From Saccostrea cucullata (Eukaryota): 61,078 nt of DNA. Positions 11,680 through 22,000 of this stretch are shown here, piece by piece (the first letter of the stretch is position 1; the number at the start of each line of letters is the position of its first letter). The stretch lies in the NCBI RefSeq assembly GCF_032062105.1, contig NW_026940900.1, forward strand, positions 62,001 to 123,078. Direction: 5' to 3'. A program made the translations under genes and the position numbers. The notes below the pieces were generated by a model. The model saw only the letters and a list, made by a program, of their open reading frames with translations, had not been told where the DNA came from and made no database searches.

Positions 11680-12062
11680 AGGATCAATTTGTCCTTCCAT
11701 AAGCTGACTGCATTCTGATTCTGGTTCCTATCATATGGAAAGCGAACCAGCAAAATATTTAGTAAAGCGTACACATGTGTCATGACCCTTTCTTTATTAA
11801 TTTGAAAGACTTATAAAGATTGTTTTAAAAAAATTATTGTTCTCTGTTTTTTCTACACTAAACTGAAAGAATTCGATGACATTTAACAAGATAAAAATCT
11901 TGATAAAAGAATACGCTTTACTTCGAAATAGAAATCGTTCGAGTTAACCAACAAGTTAAAAATAGATATTTTATTTATAGACCTTTATAAACACATTTCA
12001 TTTTGATTTTCTTCTATATTAACGAGGATAGCGTGTGTAGCAGTTCTGTAACGATTGATTCG
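11680..12062. promoter_or_regulatory. Putative bidirectional promoter between SDHAF1/TAMM41 (-) and KCTD3/SHKBP1 (+)
   Basis: Divergent genes. A candidate 5' exon donor (CTG|GTAGGC) at 11679/11678 on - and the KCTD3 ATG at 12063 leave <400 bp between them. Confidence 0.55.
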
Positions 12063-15000
12063 ATGCCAGGAGACGTGATTCACCTCAATGTAGGAGGAAC
12101 AAGGTAAGAAAAGAAGTAATTTAGTAAAATTTCGTTTGTTAAAAATTTTCTGCAGCAAAGTAGTTGCATTTGATTTGTTGTTGCTCATCAAATATGGTTG
12201 CTCCACTATTACATGAGAGTTTCTTTTTCATACAGGTTTTCAACATCAAGACATACCCTGACATGGATTCCAGATTCGTTCTTTACAAGGTATGATTAAA
12301 TCTTAAAAAAGAAAATGCATTGAGTGAGGTACTGTTTAAAACAATATAATGCCCAATTTTTTTAGCCTAGTATCCCCTGGCATGTTCTTGAAATCAAGGG
12401 TGGCGGTCAACCGAGTTTGATTGCTGATGGCCAGATAGCTCAGTCGGTAGAGCACCTGATCAGAGATTCAGGGGGCCAGGGTTCGAATCCCGGTCTGTTC
12501 CACTGCATTTTCTCCTCTCCCTTTACATTTGATGTCGTGACCATGCCCTAGAACCAGAAATGAGCGGGGGTTGGGGTCTTTAGAGGCCAAAGACCTTTAA
12601 GGAGGGAGGAATGTGGCAGTCAGCTGGGTTCGTTCTCCGCTGGCCAATTGTAGCTCAGTGGGTACAGCACCTGACCAGAGATTCAGGGGGCCCAAAGTTT
12701 GAATCATGGTCTGGTCTACTGCATTTTTCTCCTCTCTCCTAACACAAGTAAATATTCTCCTTTCTCCTAACACAAGTAAATTTGCAAAATTTACTGTCAA
12801 AACATTAGATCCTCCTAATTATGTTCCCCAAACGAAGTTGGGGAACATATTGTTTTTACTCTGTTTCTTATTATTATTAAGGTCTTCCATTTCCAACGGA
12901 AGACCTTTCTGTTATTCTTAGGTTTCTTTTCCAGTTTTTTTCTTTTTTTTCTTACCGATTTTGTGCACGCGAGTTCTCGGAAACGGCTTGTTCGATTTTC
13001 ATGAAACTTTCAGGGCTGATGGAACATCAAAAAATCTAGATATATATTTTTTAATTTTGATGACGTCACTTCCGGTTCCGAGATTTTTGCATTTTAGTGA
13101 ATTTCAGAGGGTTAGTTTGTCCGCGAGTTTTCTCGAAAACGGCTTAAAATAGAAACTTGAGATTTTCAGTGATAATAGAGCAATAAATGTAGTTGTGCGG
13201 AACGTATTTCATATTCACCGAAATTGCTTTGTACGGAAGCTAGTTTTGGCCCGAAAATAGTCCTATCGCGAATTTCAAAAATTTTTACACCTTTTCATCG
13301 ATAACTTTTTACCTAGAAATATTTTTTTAAAACATGTATAACAAAAGAAGTGTAGAATTCCAAGATCTTTCAAATGATATCTCGAAAAAAGGGCTGGCCC
13401 CTAAAATTAAGGGCCTAGCGGGGTCGAAAGTTTTTCTTTTATATCTCAAAAAGTATTGAGAATTTGTAATACGTCAAAGAAGCAAAATTGTTCAAAATGT
13501 TAAGCTTCATTTATTGGAGTCATCAAAATACGTCCGGCGACGTCACTTCCGGCCAAACCGGAAGTAGTCAGAAAACGCATATTTTGGCCGTTCTTGACAA
13601 GATTTTGGGTATCATCTGTCACTGGGAGCCTAAAAATTAAATTTCCATCCGTCGTCATCACTTCCGGTCAAACCGAAAGTAGCAAAAATTAGCTTATTTC
13701 TGCTTTAATTAACATAGATTTTGAGGATTTAAACCATTTTTCGGCATTATTACTCAATTTTGTTACAAATAAAAGTAACTTCCGGTCAAACAGGACGGAA
13801 GACCTACTCGTTGCTTTGCAACGAGCTTTGCTCTAGTTATGTTCCCCAAACGAAGTTGGGGAACATATTGTTTTTACTCTGTTTCTTATTATTAAGGTCT
13901 TCCGTCTTCACGGAAGACCTTATAGTGATTCTACTGTTTCTTATTATTCTTTTTATTATTTTTTTGACTTTATAATTTTGTGCACGCGATTTCTCGAAGA
14001 CTACTGGATGGAATGACGTAAAACTTTCAGAAAAGATGTGTCGTAACATGAATTTTGTATATCCGAGAGAAAATTTGGAAACTCACTTCCGGTGCCAAGT
14101 TACGGACAATTTCCTGAAATTAAAATGACATTTTGTCCTCGATTAAACTTAAAAACGGTAAAAGATATCAACATGAAACTTTCAGGGATTATAGATCGTG
14201 ATATATACTATCCAGGACGCGACTTTATGTTCGTCGTCGGTACTTCCTGTCGTTAGGTGAAGGGGATTGAAAAAATCGCATTTTCTAACTTTTTTGTTTT
14301 TCAATATTTTTTATTTATTTTTGGAATATTAATAGAGACACTTCTATTGATGCTTACTATATAAGTTGTTTGAATATTGGTTAATCTGAACTCTAGATAT
14401 TAATATTTGAAAATCTGAAGCGGGTCCAAGATGGCGTCTGCCTCTGTCAACTCCGCCATTTCGCGAGTAGGGGTTTATGGAGGCAGCTGAGCGTTTGATT
14501 AAACCATTCTGACATAATGATACATGAAATGTAAAAAACTACTTGGACTTTCACGTAGTAGTACGTTGTAATTACGTGTCAATCTTAAAACTTAATTTCC
14601 GTTTCACTGCTTTAGTTTAACTGGGCTAGATACGATATGTAATGTGTACAATGTGTTAAATATACCTTCTTAACGTCGAAATAAAATAAAGGCGATAAGA
14701 ACGTTTTATTAATTTAATTTCATTGAAGCTATCACACCTATTTAATAGATCAGTCCAAAGAAAAGGTGCAAACATTTACTCATGGCGTTTGGCGCGAAAT
14801 TATGAATAGTGGCCGGTCGTTTATAATTCTTAGACAGGTGTACTGTTGCAAATGTATACACAAGTATATTTAGAGCACTGCTCCCAATAGCTTAATGGTT
14901 TTCGTGTTAATCAAACACGAAGTAATTACGTTACAATTCTGTGTCAAAATAAAGATGTATTCCAGAGTCTTCTCAAACGTCTTCTGTGACTGGTTTTGGT

Positions 15001-18000
15001 TGGTTCTCAAAGTAGAAAAAGAAAAGACTAAATGTGCAAATGAGAGATACCTACCATCATTTGCTTTACAAGATGGAAATACAGATCTTTAATCATAGTT
15101 AAAAGTTATAGTTTTTTCAAGAAACAATATCGATGCATGTACATATAGTAAGTATAAAACGTATAACCACTGTTTTTCCCATGCACACTTGTGTGACATT
15201 AAACGAATAGAAAAGACAAAAATAAGAAAACCATTTTAATAAGATCGTCTAATGTAGTTTAAATTAACATTCTTTTCTCAAAGATCTGAATCAAGTTATT
15301 GAACATGAATGGTATCTGATTCCTTGACTGTCGTAGAGCGAGGCATGTTTTTTCGGCGAAACATTTCAACCTTTTTTTTTAAGTGTAACTAGTCGGTATA
15401 GTTCACTTCTGAGACGGAAAAAAAATTAAATTATGGTAATTTTCACTGCTTTTGTGTTACTTTTCTGTAGAATGTGTACAGTGTGTTAAATATATTTTCT
15501 AAACCTCGAAATGTAGGCTATGAGAACGTTCTTTTTTCTTAATTTCATTGAAGCTATCACACCTATTTAATAGATCAGTCCAAAGAAAAGGCGCGAAGAT
15601 TTAACGTGGCGTTTGGCGCGAAATTATGAATAATGGTCCGTCTTTTATAATTCTTAGACAGGTGTACTGTAGCAAAAGTATACACAAGTACATTTAGAGC
15701 AGCACTCTCAATAGCGTAATGGTTAGCGCGTAGGGGATAAAAGGGAAAAAAAGCGGATCGGATTTTCGCGCTGGCGACCTGGATTCAATTTTTGACCAAA
15801 ATTTTTTATTCACCTCTCAGCTCGACTTTACGAGTTTTTTTTCCAGAATCGGACGGAAGACCTCTCGTTGCTCGCAACGAGATCGTTTCTAGTTATTATT
15901 ATTAAGGTCTTCCGACTTCCTTCGGAAGACCTTATTGTTATTCGTCTGTTTTTTATTATTATTATTATTATTCTTTTTTTCATAGTTAGGGCGATATCTC
16001 AGCTGTGCGTGGACGGATTTGGAAGATTTTTACAGGGATGATGCATCATGAAAATATCTCCAGACGTGTTTTTCATTTTTTCAAAATTCACCTTCGTTCG
16101 CGATTTTTGGGGATTTTTGTATTTTTTAAAAGGCATTTTGTCCAGCAGTTTTCTCGAGAACGGCTAAAGATATGAAAGTGAAACTCACTGAGGTGATAGA
16201 ACATCAAACTCCATTATGGGGAACGGCCTTTATTTTTCGTCGTCGGCACTTCCGGTCGCAAACGGAAGTGAATTCAAAAAGTCCCATTTCTCAACTCTTT
16301 TGTTTTTCAATATTTTTCTTTAGAATTTACAGGGTTAATAGTGTGTCTTATGAGAATTCTAAATATGTGTTTAGTATCTTGATGCGTGCATATATTGAAA
16401 AGATATGACCAAACCAAACTTTCTCCTACCGTCGGGGGTTCGAATCCCGCTGTGGGCGTTTCAAATTTTTTTTCTTTGTTTCTGTCTTTTTTCAGCTTCA
16501 AATGACTTTTATATCTTTCATATCACATATGGAATATTTTGCCGATTTTTAAAAGCTTTTTTTTGAGATTTTTGAGGAATACCTGTAATTATCATGATAT
16601 ATGTTGAGAGACTGTTGTAAATAAACGTGAGCAAAAAATACATTCTGAAATCTATTTCATGGGATGACGCAGCATAGAACTCTAAAGAAAAGTCGGTCGG
16701 AAGACCTGCTTGTTGCTCCAGCAACAAGAACGCATCTAGTTATTATTATTTTTCTTCTTCTTCTTCCTGGGTACTTTTTTGTCCGGGAATGATCTTGTAA
16801 ACTGTTCGTCCGAGGTAGGTTAAACCTTTTTAGGGTAAGTAGACATGTTATGCAGATTTGCGGAATCAAGGTCATTTTGCGCGCACGTGCTTGCAAGAGC
16901 GCGCACGTGCAACACTTGAAATAACCAATATAATAGATATAGTCGGAACTTTTCTATTTTTTGATAAAATGCTTTGAAACTCATAATGTAAGGATACATT
17001 AGTAGTATAGACAAGATGGCATGGTCAAAATAGCAAGATCTCACGCGCATGCACGTGCGCTTCGCTCTGATTGGCTGAAACTAAAGTCTCAATATCTTTC
17101 TTGTTTCTTGTCATAATCTTTTGAAATTTTGAACATGGTCCTACATTATGAAGATCTAGAGCATGATATATTAAAATTTTAATAAAAGCATGCGCATGCG
17201 CATGTGCTGTAATCTGATTGGCTAAAACTTTAAATGGCTATATCTCCTTTGTTTTTTGACGAAGTGCTTTGAAATTTAAAACATAGTCATGCATTACGAT
17301 ATCCTAAAATATGATATAGAAAATATTCATGAAATCACGCGCATGCACGTGTGCTGCAATCTGATTGGCTGAAACTTCAAATGGCTATAACTTTCTTGTT
17401 TTTCAACCAAACAGGATGGGATTTAGAACTTGGATAAATATAAGGGACTCCTACAAGAAGGTGTAGTCATTATGCACGTGCTTGCACGTGTGTGCACGTC
17501 AAATGAGTAAAATAAAAAATACACTCGAATGAGTGCATTTTTTAATACTTTTGGATTAAATGCTTTGATATTATTAAAATTTTAGATAGTGTAGACAAGA
17601 TAAGATGGTCTTTACACAAATGAACACGCGTGCAATGCCTATTTTTTAAATATATTTTGTATTTTTCTTGGAAGACCTTGATTAAGTCTAAATTCCATAA
17701 AGTATTTCTTATTTAATAGAGATAACAGGGAATATGGCACCAAAAGGGTGTTGGGAAGCGTTTGGGGAACATCTGTAACAGTCCCCGTTACAATTAGCAC
17801 TAGTTAAGGTCTTCCGTTTTCACGGAAGACCTTCTAGTGATTCTACTGTTTCTTATTATTATTATTATTATTATTATTATTTTTTTCCCCAAAATTTTGT
17901 GCACGCGATTTCTCGAAAACTATTCAGTGGTTTTTAATTAAACTTTCAGGAATTATGCGTCATTATATGAAGTTGTGGCATGATAGAAAAATTTGGAATA

Positions 18001-18992
18001 CTCACCTTTGGTTCCAAGTTATTGACACTTTTCTGATATTAAAATGCAATTTTGTCCCCCCTTTTTTTCGAAAATGGTTTAAGATATTAACTGGAGACCT
18101 TTTAGAGATGAAAGATGATGACTTTTAGATATGACGAATCACCTATTCGTGTGTCGTCGGTACTTCCGGTTGCTGCCGGAAGCGAAATTAAAAAGTCCGC
18201 ATTTTCTAACTTTTTTGTTTTTCAATATTTTTCATTTATTTTTGGAATGGTAATAGAGACCCTTCTTATAATGCTTACTGTATGATTTGTTTGAATATTG
18301 ATAAATCCAAACTCTAGATATTAACAATTAAAAATCTGAAGCGAGTCCAAAATGGCGGCCGTCTCTGTCAACTCCGACATTTCGCAATAGGGGTTTACGG
18401 AGGCAGCCGAACGTTTGCTTGAACGAAAGTTACATAGGGACAAATGAAATGTAAAGGAATACTTGGATTTTCACGTCATAGTTACGTTGCAATTTTGTGT
18501 TAAACTACGTTCTTCTTAAACGTCTTCGAATTCTATAATTGGTTTTGACTGGTTCTCAAAGTAAAAAAAGGTGTTACTTGCTTACATACTATATGGACTT
18601 TGTAAAATGTGTTAAATATACTTTCTAATCGTCGAATTTTAGGTTACATGAACGGTTTTTTTATTTCATTGAAGCTATCACACGTATTAAATAGAACATT
18701 TCATAGAAAAGGCGCCAAGATTAACTCGTGGCGTTTGGGCGAAATTATGAATAGTGACTAGCCTTTTATAATTCTAAAACAAAAGCACTGTTATACAGAG
18801 GTATATACATAAAGATTTAGAGCAGAGGTCCCAATAGCGTAATATTTAGCGCGTTCGATTTTCATGCTGGCGACTTGGATTCAATCTCCCTTGAGTGCAA
18901 TAATTTTTTTTACATTTTCATCTCGACTTTACGTTTTTTTTAACGGAATCGGACGGAAGACCTCTCGTTGCTCGCAACGAGATCGTATCTAG

Positions 18993-19023
<31 letters not shown>

Positions 19024-22000
19024 CTACTGATTCGTTTGTTTCTTTTCCACTATTATTATTATTATTATTTTTTTTCTTACCGATTTTGTGCAGGCGATTT
19101 CTCGAGAACGCCTCGACAGATCTTTATGAAACTTTCAGCAATGATGGCAAATCATATGAACTTAAGGCGTTTTTTTTAATTTTGCCGTCGTCACTTCCGG
19201 TCGCGAGATACGGCCAATTTTCTTTTTTTAAAGTGTCATTTTGTCCGGAAGTGTTCTCAAAAACGGTATGAGATTGAGTCTTGAAACTTTCAGGGATGAT
19301 AGATTGTGACAGGCTCTCTTGAATTTTGTATAAAGTTTTTGTTGCCGTCACGTCCGTTGTCCACCGGAAGTAGTTTAAAAATATGCAAAATTTTATTTTT
19401 TTCTTTTTTAAATATTTCTTATATAGGCAAATAGAGTGTCTCGAGTATTATTATGTCCACCGGAAGTTATTTTTTCCAAACCGGAAGTAGTCCAAAAAAT
19501 GAGCATTTTTCATCGAAATTATCAGGGATGATTCCTTCACACTCAGAGAGGAGTTATAGGTCATTTTTAGTACTTCCGGTCACACCGGAAGTGAATTATA
19601 AAGACCGGAAGTTGTCTGAAATTTACAAATTTCACTCTTAAATGTGTTCTCACGTATTTAGAAGAATTGATATGAACTTTTTTTTTATTTTAAGTTGTTT
19701 TATGATCGTATCAAAAATCGAACGGAAGACCTACTCGTTGCTTGCAACGAGATCTCCTCTAGTTAAGGTCTTTCGTCTTCACGGAAGACCTTATAGTTAT
19801 TCTACTGTTTCTTATTATTATTATTATTATTCTTATTTTTTTTCCCAAAATTTTGTGCACGCGATTTCTCAGCAACTATTCGGCGGATTTCTATGAAATT
19901 TTCAGGAATTATGCGCAATAAGATGAACTTGATACATTTTTAAGGAAATTTGGAAATTTGCTTCTGGTGCCAAGTTATGGGCAATTTCCTGATTTTAAAA
20001 TGCAATTTTGTCGCCCCTTTTTTTCGAAAATGGCTAAAGATATGAACTGGAGACTTATTGGAGATGATAGTTCGTGACTTTGTGGTTTGCAGAATCACCT
20101 TTTTGTGCGTCGTCAGTTCTTCCGGTTGTAACGAGATGCAAATTTAAAAAAATCGTATTTTCTAACTTTTTTGTTTTTCAGTATTTTTCATTTATTTTTG
20201 GTTTGTTAATAGAAACCCTCCTGATAATGCTTACTATATAATTTGTTTGAATGTTGATCAATCTAAACTCTAGATATTAGCATTCAAAAATCTGAAGCGG
20301 GTCCAAAATGGCGGCTGTCTCTGTCAACGCCGACATTTCGCAATAGGGATTTACGGAGGCAGTCGAGCGTTTGCTTGAATGAAAGTAACATAAGGATAAA
20401 TGAAATGTATAGGAATACTTGGATAGTCACGTCATAGTTACGTTGCAGTTCTGTGTCAAACTAACTTCTTGTATAATTGGTTTTGGCTAGTTCCCAAAGT
20501 TGAAAAAGAAAAGACTAAATGTGCAAATAAAATTCGATACCTAATATCTTTTGTGCACCACGGAAAATAGATCTCATCAAATTTATAAGTAATACTTTCT
20601 CAAAAAAGAATATTGATTAATATTGTCAGTAGAAATCTTAACCACTGTTTTTCCTATGCACACTTGTGTCATATTAAACTAATAAATAAGACAAAAATAA
20701 GAAGACGATTTTTTTAAAGATCGCTTCATGGAGTTTATTTTAGCATTCTTGTCTCAAAGACCTGATTCAAGTTATGGAGCATAAATGATATCTGATTCCT
20801 TGACCATCATAGGGCGAGCCATGTTTTTCGGCGAAACGTTTCAACCTTTTTCAATTAACTAATCGGGATAGTTTACTTTGGGGATAAACAGGAAATTGAA
20901 AAAAGTTAGAAATTCATAACCATTTCACCGCTTTAGTGTTACAGGCATATATACCATATGGAATTTGTAAAATGTGTTAAATATACTTTCTAAACCTCGA
21001 ATCTTAGGCTATAAGAATGTTCTTTTTTTAATTTCATTGAAGCTATCACACCTATTTACTAGAACATTCCAAAGAAAAGGTGCGAAGATTAACTCGTGGC
21101 GTTAGGTGCTAAATTTTGAATAGTGACCCGCCTTTCATAATTTTAAAAGAGAATCACTGTTTCATAAATATATATAAATAGATTTAGAGAAGAGGTCCCG
21201 ATAGCGTAATATTTAGTGCCGTCGGAATTTCATGCTGGCTACATGGGTTCAATTCTCCTTGTGTGCAATTTTTTTTTTACTTTTTCAGCTCGATTTTACG
21301 TTTTCTTTCCGGAATCGGACGGAAGACCTCTCGTTGCTCGCAACGAGTTTCTCATCTAGTTATTATTATTTTTCTTCTCGGGAAAATATTGTCCGCGAAT
21401 GATCTTGTAAAGTACACATCCGATTAAGGGGAAACCTTTTTAGGGTAAGTAGGCATGTTATGTAGATTTGCGGAACGAAGGTCATTTTGCGCGCACGTGC
21501 TTGCAAGAGCGCGCACGTGCAACACGTGAAATGACCAATATACTTGAAATTGCCGTAACTTTTACATTTTTCGATGTAATGCTTTGATTTTTATAATATA
21601 TAGACACATTATAAATGTAGGTAAGATGACATTGTCAACATGCCATTTTGTGTGCACGTGCTTGCAAGAGCGCGCACGAGCAACACGTGAAATGACCGAT
21701 TTAATTGATATAGGCGTATATTTTTACCTTTTTGATGAAATGCTTTGAAACTCATAATATAAGGATATAGTAGTAGCATAGACAATATGACATGGTCAAA
21801 ATAGCAAGATCTCACGCGCATGCACGTGTGCTTTGCTCTGATTGGCTGAAACTAAAGTCTCAAAATCTTTCTTGTTTTTTTATGAAATCATTTGAAATTT
21901 TGAACATAGCCATGCATTAGGATATCCTACAACATGAAATATAACAATTTTCATGAAAACACGTGCATGCACGTGCGCTGCAATCTGATTGGCTGAAACT

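Larger units (their letters stand above)
13839..17803 (+). mobile_element. Non-autonomous Helentron-like element A2 (pieces 13839-13893 and 16740-17803), interrupted by B2 and B3
   Basis: Same termini as A1. Body 16740-17803 is homologous to 21360-22740. Confidence 0.85.

Noticed and set aside
12429-12502. Functional tRNA gene
   Set aside because: 8-nt anticodon loop, mismatched acceptor and T stems, and a decayed twin with a shared tail. Better explained as tRNA-derived repeat sequence.
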